Source: Lepidodermella squamata
Lineage: Eukaryota; Animalia; Gastrotricha
Direction of reading: 5' to 3'
DNA length: 64,000 nucleotides
Assembly (NCBI GenBank): GCA_047495785.1
Contig: JBLDXI010000007.1
Coordinates: forward strand, 2,418,001 to 2,482,000
The translations under genes and the position numbers were made by a program. Shown in pieces: positions 24,548 through 37,914 of this stretch. The notes below the pieces were generated by a model that saw only the letters and a list, made by a program, of their open reading frames with translations, made no database searches and was not told the DNA's origin. Numbering within the stretch: position 1 is the first letter of the stretch; the number at the start of each line of letters is the position of its first letter.

Positions 24548-25558
24548 TATGATATCACCCGGAATTCTCTATAAATCGGATGTACAGAAATTTAACTGGA
24601 ATGATGCCAAATAGGAATCTAAATTCCAAATAAGCTCAAATATTTTAACGTGAGAGCTAATTTTGTCTTGGCAGAGTAAGATCGATAGGTAATATTTTGT
24701 ACGATTTTTTTCCCATGAAGAATTACTGAGGAATGAAAAATGTATAGCTTAAGGGCAAAGGGGATAAGACATTGTTTCAGCTGAAACCATTTATAATTCA
24801 AAGGGAGCTTCTGAGATACAATAATTATGTGCATCAAAACTATACTTGTTGAAATGGACCTCATCTTCAGCGACTAGACACTTCGTATTTACAACAGAAA
24901 ACCGGTCGAAATAACAAAAATTGATTCAGAGTTGAAGCTCTAAATTCACAGTCCCAAAATGAGCTCACTCAAAAATGGGGCGCATTTTTTACCCGAAATG
25001 CTAAGTCATTTTCGAAGTATGCTAATGCAGAAACATTAGCACTTAGTTGGTGATGGCGCAATAGCGCAAATGGCGTTGGCGATTGCTCTAAGAGTCGCGC
25101 GTTAACGTCGTCTCCGCCCATCATTGTCGTAGCATGCTCGCGGACTGGCGCGACACCCTACGCGCATTTGAAGCTATTGCAGACGCTAGATTTCTGAAAT
25201 GCGTGCTTTTCACTTTAGAGTTATTGAAAAACATGCATTTTAAATTCAAAGAATTTTCAGCTGAATAGCAAAATATCGATAGCTAAGAACCCCTCACGAA
25301 ACATTTTCGGAGCCCGAATTTTCGAACTGCAGGGTCTTTCTGTCTGGTTTTCTTGCCTGGGCCTCTCTCGACCTGAATGGTACGGTATCCCACGTAACGC
25401 CCATACTTCACACCTTCTTTGCTCCTTGCAACAAAGACTCATATAAATGCGCTTAAAAGTAAGCATGGTACATTGTATCAAAGATTGTATTCATGCAAAA
25501 TACAATCTTTTTTTAAGCAGAGAAAAGCGCAAACGACTTGAAGCTTGAAGCTCCCACC

Positions 25559-25824
25559 CAGAGCGAAGTACTGCTAGGGATGGTAGGGATCATCCCTACC
25601 AGTTCCATCGATCCGTGCCGTGAGCTCATTCAGGTACCAAGTACCTAAGGGGGGACTTCTAGTCCCTACCAGTTCCGCGCAGAGAGCGAAGTACCGCTAG
25701 GGATGGTAGGGATCATCCCTACTAGTTCCATCGGTCCGCAAGGTGAGCTCAGAAAAAGACCAAAGGGGGACCCTTATGTCGATTTTCCTTATCCCTATCA
25801 GTTCAGCGGTCCTACTTCGCTCTA
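25559..25824. repeat. Short dispersed inverted-repeat element (MITE-like), partly tandem-duplicated; related copy at 34488-34634
   Basis: agagcgaagtac..gggatggtagggatcatccctac occurs twice (25559, 25680) and closes with tacttcgctct. Confidence 0.6.
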
Positions 25825-26171
25825 TGCTTCGCCCATTAGAAACATACAAACAAACCTCGAACAATTCAAGTACAGCAAAGTTAAGATAGTGAAATTCAAC
25901 CAAAGTTCACCTCAGAATGTTCGAACGCACCTCTCTAGCGAAAGCACAAGATCGGCTGTTAGCGGCTGTTGGTTCTGGATCGCTTTTAGCTCTCAGCTTT
26001 GAATACTTTTTACTGAGAGTCAAAAATGACTAGACGAATTGTGCGAATGTTCGATCATTGCTTAGAATTTTTAGGTTATGAATAAATTATTTACAGTGGC
26101 ATCCTATTCCGCATTTTCGTAAACAAGCCGACGAGGTGTGAAATCGAAATCGTTGAACACTTGTTTCCGAC

Positions 26172-29100
26172 ATGAAACTGCTCATCGTGCTAAGCTACCT
26201 GGGCAGCGCCATTGGTCAAGGAATACCCCGATGTGGAACGGTGGTTCCACAGTTGAGCCTCTTCAGCCATGTTGACGCAGATCGAGCGGTTAACTGGGAT
26301 TTGTACCAGCTGTTGGACGCGGCGAATTCACCACTGAATGCTACTCGTCTCTCTATAGGAGGATGGCATGGCAACGCTGGCCTACGGTCGAAAAGCGTTA
26401 GTATTGCGATTATTTCCGATCTTTCATATCACGCTTTTGTATTTTACCAGTTTTTTACGCTGACAAATTTCTACATCGAAGTTGTGGTTTACATTACCTC
26501 GCCAATGACTGGGGTTGCAGAAGGCGTTCAAATTACGATCGGCAACAACGCTTCAATGAACCCGTTCACAGGTAAGGCCTCTGGGCAGCATAAAATTTGT
26601 CAAGTCATCATTGGTTTTTTAAGCGGGCAATTATTATGGCATTGATTGGACATCATTTGTTGGCATGGGCGTCCACTCAATCCCCTTCCTAGGGACCTAT
26701 TTGAGCTGGATGAGCACAGTCCCATATGGACAAGACAGCCCGCCCTATTACTGCTCAGTTCGCGATGTCATCGCGTGTCAGTCAGGTATCGATGCTAACA
26801 CTTGGATGCTTAACACGCTCGTCAAGATTCAAGTTCGCGTCGAGGCTGGTTACAAAATGTCTATAGCTTCGTGTTTCGGTAATGGCACATGCTTGGGCCC
26901 ATTAAATGGGTCGTCGAGTCTCTACTCGTTGCTGAGCTCTTTCTCAGGTCAGCAGATGGTTCTCGGCGTTAGTACAAGAAATGGGGGAAATTCAAATCAA
27001 GTTGATATCCTAAGCATCGGCGTCTACGATTGTTCGAACGATTCATCTCCGAACCGGTATGTTCAAAATTATGTTAAAGAAATAAGAGTACCAATTATGC
27101 TTCGGCAGGATACCTATTTCTGGGACATTCTCACCCCAATGGTCTCTTATCAATCACGTGGCCGATCGAGCTAGGTATTGGGACTACTACCCCTACGCTG
27201 GTATGAGTTCAGCCGGTCAGCAGGCTAACACAACCCGACTGTCATCAGAGGGTTCAGCTAACGTCGAAACTGGCCTGTGGAATAGAATAGTAAGTCACTA
27301 CGTATTCCGTGCTTACATTACCATGCCAAAATGGCTCGTTTTATAGTTCATTGTACCATTTTGCCCCGTTTGTAGTAACATGAAATATTTATGGTGATAC
27401 CGTAATCCGGTACAACTTCGAACAGGTACAAGTTTGAACATTTCTCTGAAACCATGGGGATCTACCGCTTGGGAATTTCACTGAATATGGGTCTCGTTGA
27501 GATGTAACATTTTGCCAAGTTTCATGAATACAACCCCCACGGTCTCTTTCTTAAAAATTCCCGAAAAATAAACGTTTTCGGTCTACTTTGAAGTGTTGTC
27601 CGGCGATAACAGTAGCAGATATCCCCGAGGTCCAACTTGGCGAATTCAAGCTTATACTTTTCTGAAGAAGTAGCCAAAAAGGCACGCCCTTCTACAGAGT
27701 GGTTTTCGCGTGGCATGCGCTCAAGGTTGCAAGGGTAGCCGGTACAACTTTGAACACTCGAAAGTACAAGTTTGAACACGGTAGAAATTCATTATTTTTC
27801 AAGGAGAATTTTTCAAGTTTTTTAAAGACTTCGCTCGCATTTACTGAACTCCACTAGGCTCCATAGAGAACGTAGGGATCAGAAAAAAGACTTCTTATCT
27901 CGTATTGGCAACGAATTAATTTCAAATACCGAGTATAAAGTCAACCATAAAAATGTTGATGGCTTATTATTTTTAAATGTTCACGCACTCCGTCCTCTAT
28001 GGGCAAACCAGAGCAGGGTTTTTTTTTAATTCGCAACAATTCGAACAGTATATACTGTATTTTGTGTATTGTCGTTCGAAAATAGCACTTTCTACAAAAA
28101 ATGAAATAATGATTTTCCACGCGTTCGTAAATTCGCTGTTTTTCAAACAGCATAAAGTGTATTTTTCCAGCACATGATTTTTGAATCTGTGCAATATGCA
28201 GAAATAGTAAGCCATTCGCAAATATGACTTTATTAATCAGGCGAAATCGATGTGGAGGGTTCGACTCCTCGTGGGGTCAAGCCATTTTTATCTTATAATT
28301 TTCGCCCCGGCACTTTTTATGCGCACAAGCAGCCCCATTTCTACACTTTGCACACTTTTTCTGGCTGTATTTTTTGTAGGAAAAATAGGGCTGTATTTTC
28401 TGTATTTTTTATTCGAATTCGTAGAAAATACAGGAGAAATACAGTATTTCTGTAGCGAATTTTCGAATGCAACAAACTGTAGCTGTAGCTGTATTTACTG
28501 TTGCGAATAAAAAAACCCCTCAGTGAGTTGAAAATCGCAAATTTCACGCGAAATTCTCGCCACGAATAAATATACGATTTTTTCCGCACAAACTGCCGGA
28601 TAGTGCCGAATTAGTGCCAAATCGGGGCTGAATCAATGCTGTATATAGTGCCGAATGAGAAAATAGACATTTTAAACTCTAATTGACTCTAATTGAGGCG
28701 ACTTCGTAATTCAAACGTTTACACACAGAACCACAAAATGAATGAAAATAAATTGAAATTACGATGATCAGGGATGAGTACTGATCTATGGGTAACTTCA
28801 AAAAATAACCGGCGACTCATTTTTTAAACCAATATCCTGCGACTAAATTTATAAATATTTTGTAAAAGAAATAAAGAAGTAAAAATAAATCACATAATAT
28901 ATTCAATATTATCCGGATCGTATCGTAAAATATGCCTTCTTAGTGGCCGAATTATAAACTCATAAAACCTTCTTCCAAGCAGGGATTTTTTGATATTTTC
29001 TAAACAGGCGGGCATTTTTTGATATAGAAATATCAAGAAATCCCTGTCTGTCCAAAAAATATCACCAAAAACCCCACTTGTCAAACACACAAGAGAAACC

Positions 29101-32100
29101 CAAAAAGTTCAAGCAACACTCCAAAACGATTTTATTAAGAATCACGAAAAATTTGGCATAATTTTGGGAGAAATTGCACACGCCAGGCATCGAATCGGGC
29201 AGCATTCACCCCAATCAAACAGCACTTAGCCACGAGCTCGGGAAAATCGGGCAGAATTCGTCCAGAAATTGGTGAAATTCGGGCAGAATTCGTCCAGCAT
29301 GTCGCGGAAATACAGCGAATCGAGCGAAGTAGACGAATTTGCTGAAACCGTGACAAATTGCGGCTATTCGTTCAAGATTTCGTCGATCGTGTTCTTCGTC
29401 GACTTAGAAGCAGCTCTGCAAAGCGAGTTGCCGAAGGCGCATTGATAGCCATCAGAAGCCAATCGAGCAGAACCAGTGCGAGAGCTCGATTGCAAGATTC
29501 AGCACCAGCAATTTGTTTGGCGTGCCAGAAATGCGGAAAATTCGATGTGAAAAACGAACCAAAAACTCGCAAAATGAAGAATGCGTGAAAAAAATGAGCA
29601 AGAAACAAATTTTTCATGATTTTTTTAAGTTGGATGTTGAACACCTTTCTTTTAAACATCTTTTAATTTCAAATTAAATCAATAGAAATTCTGCGAGAGT
29701 GTACCATACAATACTAGTAACCCTGAAAATTTTACGATGCGACCCGGATAACACACATATACGGGAGCCATTCAAATTATATGGGTTTCAAATCGACTTC
29801 AGGCGATTATAAACCCATATACCCTTCTTGTCTTCCGTATATTATATAATAATTAAAAAAAATATTTGTTCTGAAGGTCAGGCGCGAAAATTCATAGCCA
29901 CGCAGGCAGTCAGCGGCATTTCCAACCGTTAAACGGCATTTCCAGACTTAGCAATCGGCTATAAACTTAGTTTAGCTGTCAGTAGATGTCTAAATCGATT
30001 GCAGAACAGGTGCCAAAAGTGCCTAATAAAAGTGCTGAAAATGGGTGCAGAATGGTGCCCAATTTAGTGCCGGAAAATCCGAAAGGTGGATTTTTTATTA
30101 CACTCTTTATAGGATTGGTGTTCAAAGATCAAAGTTGTACTTTCGGGGTACCCGGTACCCGTTGCCAAATCCTTACGCTTGCGAATTTCCGAGAATAAAA
30201 AATATCAGGATGCTACGCAAGGCGGCCCCTATCGAACTACGTTGAAAACCCGACCAAAATCGCATCTGTTGAATTTACACAGCAAATTGAAGTTTGCATG
30301 GACGTAGGTGTTCAAAGTTGTACCGGATTACGGTACATCATGTTGAAATAAGATGACTCACTGTTGGAGGAAACGCACTTGCTACATCGTACCCTCGTCA
30401 GTTAGAGAATTTCAGACGGGAAAACCCGGAAAATCAGCGTGAAAATCATTTGCTCTAAAAATGCAAAAGGAAATATTCCATGTTCCAGATGCCGACTCGC
30501 GCCCCGATTCCGATTGCTAGTGACATTTTCAACGCATCTAGCAACATTTCAAACACTGGCTCGAAAACAGCGAAATTGAAATTTTGTATTTTGCAGTACT
30601 TGCGCCCAGGGAATTGTGAGCTGTCGTAATATGTAGGGGTGTAGCGCAGCGCCCCATGGTGTCCTATGGGCCTCAATGGACTAAATGACAAAAATAGATC
30701 CACACTAAGAAACAAGGCTTTTTTTGAACATTTCCAGACTCCAAATAAAAACTGCCAGCTAACGCTCGCGAGTTTCCTTAATTTCAGTCATTTTACGAAG
30801 GTGTCCTAAGGTGAGCCATTCTCATAGGACTCTGCTGTGTCATACGAGACAAAAATTATCGCTGGTATAGCGAATAGTTGATGATGAAAAATTTATTTCC
30901 TTGACTTTCGCAGCCTTTCAACACGCCTAGTTTTCAAATGGAACTAACGGTCCGCATAACAGATTCAGACAACGCCTCGTCGCCAGGATTTGCGCTTATA
31001 ATAGCTAACAACGCATCGATCGGTCGACCATCAACTTCTCGTATGTTGAGCGCGACATCCATCTGAATAAGACATTGGCTTCCTCTTCCAAAAAAAAAAT
31101 AAAATGCTATAATAGCCCATATTTTCCACTTGCAGAAAATGGGTTCAGTTTAGATTCCAGCAAGTTCATCGGCTTCGCTGTAGCAGCGAATAGTTTCGCA
31201 GGAACTCTGGCTGCAACGGTCACCGCATCTCCACCTGGTGGAGGCACGCTTTTCAACCAAAATTGCAATACGCCAGGCTTGGTAATCTGCACATCGCTCA
31301 GCTTAATAGCAGCTCGAAATAACCTGGTCAAATACCAAATACGGGTTGAGAATGGCACTTTTCTCTCGGTTAGGTTAATTAATCTGTTCGATTCCTTCCT
31401 CAATGTTCCTTTCAGGTTTCAACGTGTTTCGTTGATGGCACGTGCTTTGGACCTTCCACGGCCACTCTCCCTGTCAATCTAGCGAGTCTGATGGCAACAG
31501 AAACTATGATGCTAGGAATAGGTGCTCGGAACGGTCCGACATCGGACACAATAGATGTGATCAGCCTGGCGGTTTATGACCTCTCAGCATCAACAACAAC
31601 TACGCCATCTGCAAGAAATACAAAGCAGATGCTGGTAACGACGGCATCGACCACCACTTCGAATAGCGAATTTCCGATTCCGCAGCTTAACGAAGGCAAC
31701 TTCGTACCTACAGTTGAAATTGGTGATCTGCTACCCTGCAAAGCTATCGGCATAGCCTATCGCTCGCCCAGTACGAATACGCAAATTTACGCGACTCTTA
31801 CTTTTGATCGACTAACAGCTGTTCATCAGGCCGAGCGGGAAGTCTCGCTTTGGGGCTCTCTTCTACTGCAGTGGGTGGTCTCTGCATGCGAAGCTACGTA
31901 CACAGCTCCCGATTTAGACGAGAAAGAACGCCTGGTCTCAACTCGTCGAACAGACATCTGGCGGCCGTCACTGATTTTCGCCAACAAAACGCCCGACTTT
32001 GACTCGAGCAACCCGGCTGGCGGGTCGACGATGGACATCGCCTACTACCCAACTGTCCCGAACCGAACGTTGTATTTCCACTGGAACCGTGTCGGAACCT

Positions 32101-32762
32101 ACACAACCAGCTGCAATCTCGATCTGACAAACTTCCCGTTCGATAAGCAAACCTGCGATCTGACGATGCTCATGTCCGAATCGGCCTACTTTCTCTCCTT
32201 CGGTGGGGTACATGTTGTGGCTGTTGATCTATCGTACGGAACCTGGGCGTTCGACTCGCTGTCAGTGACGCATGGTAACGTAACCAGTGTCGCCAGGTTA
32301 TCAGTCCCAGTCTCCTATGCGAAGGTGAAATTATTCTTCAAGCGCTCGCCAGGCTTCTACATCGTCAACATGGTTGTGCCCTGCTACATTCTGATCAGCC
32401 TCGCCTTCGCAACTTTCTTCATGGACCCGGGTCTGCCTGATCGTCCGAGCATTTGCTGCACAATCATGCTGTCGCTGGTTGTTGCCCAGTCGGATGTACT
32501 CTCGAGCGTTCCCGCGACGGGTCAATCAATTCTGTACGCGAATTACATTCTCACCCTTACTGGTATAATAGCCTGCATCGCCTTCTACGAGATCGTTACG
32601 TCTTGCCTGGTATCGAAAGACGAAGCCAAGTACGTGAGGCGCTTTCCTGTTATCGGCGATTTGTCGGCGCCGCTTATCAATCTGCTCGACAGCCTCGCCT
32701 TCTTGGTAGCTTTCGAGTGCGTTCTCGTCGTCAATCTCTACTTCGCATACGAAATCGACTGA
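26172..32762 (+). CDS. Fusion protein ~888 aa: signal peptide, 2 x L-type-lectin-like domain, Thr-rich linker, Cys-loop ligand-gated ion channel; exons 26172-26396, 26451-26571, 26624-27056, 27109-27289, 30914-31040, 31136-31368, 31416-32762
   Basis: All six GT-AG junctions are frame-compatible (2667 nt); the two N-terminal repeats align with each other; the last exon contains both the end of repeat 2 and IWRPSL, CNLDLTNFPFDKQTC, KRSPGFY and four TM helices. Confidence 0.82.
27400..30333. mobile_element. 2.9-kb non-autonomous Tc1/mariner-superfamily element in intron 4 of the lectin-channel gene
   Basis: TIR CCGTAATCCGGTACAACTT(C/T)GAACA at both ends, TA on both sides; TIR submotif repeated at ~27740-27780; no intact transposase. 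Confidence 0.85.
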
Positions 32763-32937
32763 GTGCAAGATTTCGTCCAACACTCTGACTCTTTTGCTGT
32801 CTCTCTCAACTGGAAATTTAATTACTGGTGTAATTGTTATGTGACCAGTAAATCACTGCTATTTGTTGTCAGTTTTTCTATAGTTGTTCGCCTGCAATTT
32901 TCACTTGGCGGGAGGGGTGAGACGGCAGCAACATTTG

Positions 32938-33350
32938 CCGTGTTTTTCATGTGTTGTACGTACGATGGTGCGCGCACCTTTTTCGTCGTATTCTGTATTT
33001 CAGCGCGTCGTATGTGCGTCGTGCGTACGACGGAAAAGTTGTACGTACGATGCAGTTTTCGTCGTACGCCTAGGGGGCGTACGAGCGCGCGCGTACGACG
33101 CGCCTTATCACCGAGCGTCGATCTACGCATCTTTCGGCCTGCGCGCGCGCGCGCTCGAGTTATGCGTAAATTTTGTGCGCGCTTCGATTGGTCAACGGGG
33201 CCCGGTCCCAAAATTGAGCTGCGCGCCCGGTCACGAATATCAAAGAAAGCCGATTTTCGCGTTGTATGTTGTATTTCAGCGATTTGTCGTACGCGCGCTG
33301 TATGCTCTCTCGTACGCGCACGATGAGCGTACAACACATGAAAAACACGG
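32938..33350. mobile_element. 413-bp CG-rich MITE
   Basis: 23-bp perfect TIR CCGTGTTTTTCATGTGTTGTACG; TTG on both flanks (possible 3-bp duplication). Confidence 0.75.
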
Positions 33351-33912
33351 TTGCTCTCCTTGATCTTTCGGGCGGAGTCAATTGCAGCCGTGTACGATGA
33401 CTTCACTCGCCAAGTTCGGGCTTTATACCGACTCCGCAGGCTACTCGCTTCTCGATTTTGTTTTGACTTTCTATGTTATGCTATAATCCTTTCATGCGCC
33501 CCTAGTATCCAGTATATGCCCACGTTCTGGCGAAACACAATCCGGTCTGTGTGAAAGATATTTTCAAAACGTCTAGTTAACTTTGTCCGCCCATCTCGCT
33601 GTTGTCAATGAGAAAATAAATAATTTAGGGTGTTGTGACTCCTAGACACTAATTGATAGATTCTACGTTGCAAACAGCCAAACGTCTGAGTTGTGCTGAA
33701 TATAGCTTAAAAGCTTTGCTTCGATGTAGTTTTTCTGTAGGATATTTTATTCGCCATCATAATGCTGACGTGTGCAGCACTGAGTTTGCTGCTGCTAAGC
33801 CTGCGTGGCGTTGAAGCGCTAGCAATAGCCCGATGTGGTACTCTGTTGCCACAGTACTCGCTTTTCGATCACGTGACCGACCGTGCAGCAAACTGGGACT
33901 TCTACCAACAAC

Positions 33913-34094
33913 CAGTGTAGAAGATGGACATTTTGCCGAAAGGGGGATATAGGTAAGGGTCCCCCCTTACATCTCTCAAGTTTCCGTAGGGGCCAGGGAA
34001 AAAATCGTAAGGGTCCCCCCTGTGGTTAGGCTTCGAGCCCGAGGGCTCGAACCAGGGACAATCCCCCCCGTCCCCCCCGCCATCTTCGACACTG
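33913..34094. mobile_element. 182-bp hAT-type MITE inserted in coding exon
   Basis: TIR CAGTGT(A/C)GAAGATGG; exact 8-bp TSD CCAACAAC at 33905-33912 and 34095-34102. Confidence 0.9.
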
Positions 34095-34487
34095 CCAACA
34101 ACCGGGCCTGAATGCGTCCAACTCGCCGGTCAATGCGAGCCGCTTGACTATCAGCAGCCAATTTTCGCAGAGCTCAGCTTTGTGGGCGAAAGCCGTAAGT
34201 TTCGATTTGCATTTGACCTTCTCGGCCGCAGTTTAATTTAGTTTTTGCATAATTTGGCCGTTTACACTAAGCGATGTCTACATCGAAATATCAGCCTACA
34301 TCGCCACTGGCGGGTATGCGTATGGCGCCGATGGATTAGCTATTATCGTTGCTAACAATGCTTCTTTGACTCGACTCAATTCAGGTAAATGTCATGCAAA
34401 TGTTTGAAATATGAGTAACGGGAATCACTGGGTTATGATAAGCATGGTAGATTCACTGGTAACGAATAAATATTGGGTCTGATGGAA

Positions 34488-34634
34488 CAGAGAGGGAAGT
34501 ACCGCCAGTGATGATGAGGATTGTCCCTACCAGTTCAATACGGTCAACTGAATCAATGACCGAAGACCGAAGGAGAGGCTCTTCTGTGGATTTTCCCTAT
34601 CCCTGCCAGTTCTACTGTCCTACTTTGCTCTCTG
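34488..34634. repeat. MITE-like copy related to 25559-25824
   Basis: cagagagggaagta ... tactttgctctctg inverted ends; shared internal ccctaccagttc. Confidence 0.55.
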
Positions 34635-35788
34635 CGATCGAATAATTCCGAACAGTCTGATTTCGACCATAAGTTGGCTGAGGTCAAGTAAAACGAATTC
34701 TAGCAAAGACATCGTTTCGTACAATTTGAAAAGAATTAATAACAAATTTAAATGTTCAAATCGATCGTATCAACAAAAAACAAGATCGCTTAATTTAATT
34801 TTTTTCCGTTTTCGGATTATTTGTGCAGATGAAAGGGTATAGACGTTCTATGTGAACTGCGTGGCGTATAATAACAAAAACCGGTGCACCATTTGTGACT
34901 AATTCAATTCAAATATAATTTATTTTAGGTGCAACGTACGCCGTTGACTGGTCGTCGCTGATAGGCCTATTCGTGCGCCTTTATCCATACAGAGGCTACT
35001 TCGGCTCATGGCTGAACACGCGACCTTATGGTAACGATTTGCTCACTTGCTCCAGCCGAGATATCGTATCTTGCGGCAGTCTTTTGAGAACCCAGGACTG
35101 GGTTCTGAGTCATCACCCTCCAGGTTCGCGTAGAAGGCGGCAATAAAGTCTCCATCGCGCTGTGTCGTGCTGACGGCAAGTGCATAGGTCCTTACACGGG
35201 ATCTTCAGACCAATATAGTCTGCTGAATAAAATCTTCGCCAATCAGACGATGATGCTGGGCATTGCTGGGCAGGCTGGAGGAGTGTCAGACACTCAGGAC
35301 ATATCATTGTGGAACCACTGGTAAGTTGAACCTTGGCGCGCACGCTGATTGGTCAATTTATCGTTGCTAATGACTCCGGAATGAAACATTTCTGTCGTGC
35401 GATCCACTAATAAATTATTTTATATTTATGAAAAAAATGACCTTGCCACACCCCCTGCCCGGTTTCCATTGGCCACGAGCGTAAACTCCATATTAATTGT
35501 GGTAAATTGCTGCGGCAAAAAACACTTGTTGCAAAAAATCTTATGGATCGCACGACAGAACGTTTCATCCGGGAGTCATAGCAACGATCGATTGACCAAT
35601 CAGCGTGCGCATTGCATTGGACTTTTAAGTGGTCACACAATGATTGAGCGTGGCAGTTTATGACTGCTCTAGTTCACCACCTTCGACCAAGTAAGTAACA
35701 TTATTTTCTATATTTCGCCAATTACATTGCTGTCTAATCGGGATGAGTCAGTAAAAGAGTTATCAACAGTTGATTAAATATTCCAGCT

Positions 35789-36382
35789 ATGATGTATGCC
35801 TGCGAGTCATGGAATATTACGGAAGACGACGAAAGTACGCTAAATACCCAAGAATATAAGTGGCTGCGATGCATTTTAGGAATTACAGTAATGGACTATA
35901 TTCCCAACATCGATATCAGACTATCAATGTGTGGCGGAATAATTGAAGTCGGTAGATTAATTGAAAAACAACGGCTTAATTACCTAGAACATATAATAAG
36001 GATGGAAACGTATGTCGATGATAAGGGTGACCCGATACCACCGGGGCCAGTATACGACCTTTACAGGTGGGTAGCGCCTAAGGAATGGCAGAGACCGGTG
36101 GGGAGACCTCGAACTAGGTGGCTAGATTCGGTAGAAAGAAGTCTGAGAAGAGTGGGTCTTAATACAACCGAAAATATAATAAGGAAAAAAACTGACGGGT
36201 CCCGTGCAGTGTGCGAAGTAGGATTTTCGAGCTGGTGTGTTCCTAATATTGAGCAACACAAAAATTGGATTTCTAAAACAAACGTTTTTACCTCCGGCCA
36301 TTTTGACGGCTGGCAAGCAACTGCTGCGGCGCAGATAAAATCCGACCTTTATCCGGTCACGCCATTTTATTATTTCCTTTAA
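35789..36382 (+). mobile_element. 5'-truncated non-LTR retrotransposon (RTE-like) ORF C-terminal fragment
   Basis: MYACESW..KWLRCILGIT..RLNYLEHIIRM..RPVGRPRTRWLD is typical of the post-RT C-terminus of RTE-type LINEs. Confidence 0.8.
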
Positions 36383-36956
36383 TCGGCCTTCGGCCCTGAA
36401 AATTATCTGCTATCTTACAAGCTCGAAATCCGAATATTGAGAAAGACGAATTCCATTTCGGTATCAATCGATTCAAGATGCTAATAAGCAATGCTGGAAC
36501 TGACAGGATTGAGAAAAAAGTGCTACATAGGCCACACATACGAGCGAAGCGGGCAATTTTTTAAAATTCACCCCGAAGAAGGGTCTGAAATCTCAAAAAA
36601 ATGGCAATGCAATTATATAAATGAGATGATGCGGAGCATTGTTCAAAAAATGGTTTCAATGCAACTACCAGTAGGGTCGACGTCGAACCTTGAATTAGCC
36701 ACCGTTGCACAATCTCCTATTAAACCCGGAGGCGAGCGCAGCGAGCTTTAGCTGACGATATTTTGGCGATTTTAGTGTCAGGAATAGCCGGAAAATGCTT
36801 AAAAACTCGGCATCCATCGTCCTCACAATGGGTGTTCTCTATAATTACTTTGGTTCTATAATGGATTTCACAACTCCAATTAAATTTTGAAATTTTCTCC
36901 CGCCAGACCGAGCTGGGGTGTCGCGACACCCCAGCACCCCTGTACTTCGCACCCTG

Positions 36957-37356
36957 GTTGCATTCGGTCCCGTGTGGAAGCTCCCGCTTGCGTTGATTCG
37001 CTTGACATGGTAAGCAGTGACATGAGAGCTCCTGAGGTCTACGTTTACCGCTGCAATGCCGAGAAAAGCATGGTCTTCGGGACAGCCACTGTATCCCTAT
37101 CAGGCGTCAAGTTGCAAGCTTTCCATCGAGGCAATAACACTGCCTTGACTGGCATTGATGAGTATATCTGCATGCGGAGGATGCGGTGGTGATAGGCAAT
37201 CTACCTCTACTGATTGCCGTCGGTTCCGTCATCATCATAGGTGGCATTGTAGCCCTTGTGTTCATTGTCCGTGCGATCTATTTTCGAGTGAAAGAAGCCA
37301 ACCCAAAACATCTAGCTTTTAAAAACGAAGAGCCGTGTGGCAAAGCCAACTATTGA
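36957..37356 (+). pseudogene. 5'-truncated, frameshifted LAMP-like copy
   Basis: Matches 57945-58339 but lacks upstream exons and has 2-bp insertions (~36974, ~37175). Confidence 0.8.
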
Positions 37357-37914
37357 TTTTCTGCCTGTCGACCTTGGCTAATTGACTCAAGTTGTACATG
37401 CATGCATATGCCAAGCATATGAAAGCTAATTGGCCTCTATAAACCCTTTGTAAATATTCCAGGAAGAGAGGCTTGAAATAAACTAGACCATTGATGCTGA
37501 TCATATCCATTTTCTACTTGCAATGATGACCTGGTTGCGAGATTTTTGAAGGTGTAAAAATGCGTTTCTCGATTACTCATCTCGAACAGTCGTTTTGTGG
37601 ACACTCCCGCCGACGACGAAATAAGAGTGCCATTACATCATATTCTGGCATGGCGTTGGACTTCACACCTTAGTCGAACCAGCCGAAGTGGGAAATGTTT
37701 CGCATTCCAAGTTGAAAGTGGAATAAGGAGTAAGTATATCGTTGTTGAGGTCTAACATAGACCTGTCAATTATTTAGCGCTGACAATGTGAGAAAAACAA
37801 GCTACTTGGCGGCCGAGTGCAGAGAAATTAAATCCTATTTATAAAAACCTGAGCATATAAAAGCGTTGGCACTAACTTGGAGTTAAAAGAGATTGTCTTC
37901 GCTTTTTCGAAAAA

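Larger units (their letters stand above)
15120..24910 (+). repeat. Segmental duplication block X, copy 1 (pairs with ~40245-56200)
   Basis: Long colinear high-identity match read directly, e.g. 17087-17560 vs 41920-42400, 20237-21010 vs 52084-52860, 23650-24910 vs 54970-56200. Confidence 0.92.
33762..35305 (+). pseudogene. Disrupted, truncated paralogue of the lectin-channel gene (first L-type-lectin-like domain only)
   Basis: MLTCAALSLL..IARCGTLLPQYSLFDHVTDRAANWDFYQ, YGADGLAIIVANNAS, LQVRVEGG, MMLGIAG align to domain 1 with the same intron positions; MITE in exon 1, frameshift near 35110, homology stops ~35305. Confidence 0.8.

Noticed and set aside
27522-27779. Transposase remnant inside the 2.9-kb element
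   Set aside because: Only a vague N-terminal resemblance and no DDE/D motifs
32763-33554. Several 160-190 aa Arg-rich ORFs on both strands
   Set aside because: They arise from the CG-rich palindromic MITE; no protein-like features
33913-34094. hAT MITE as a self-splicing-out introner that would rescue the paralogue
   Set aside because: No AG acceptor near the right end that restores the frame, and an independent frameshift exists downstream
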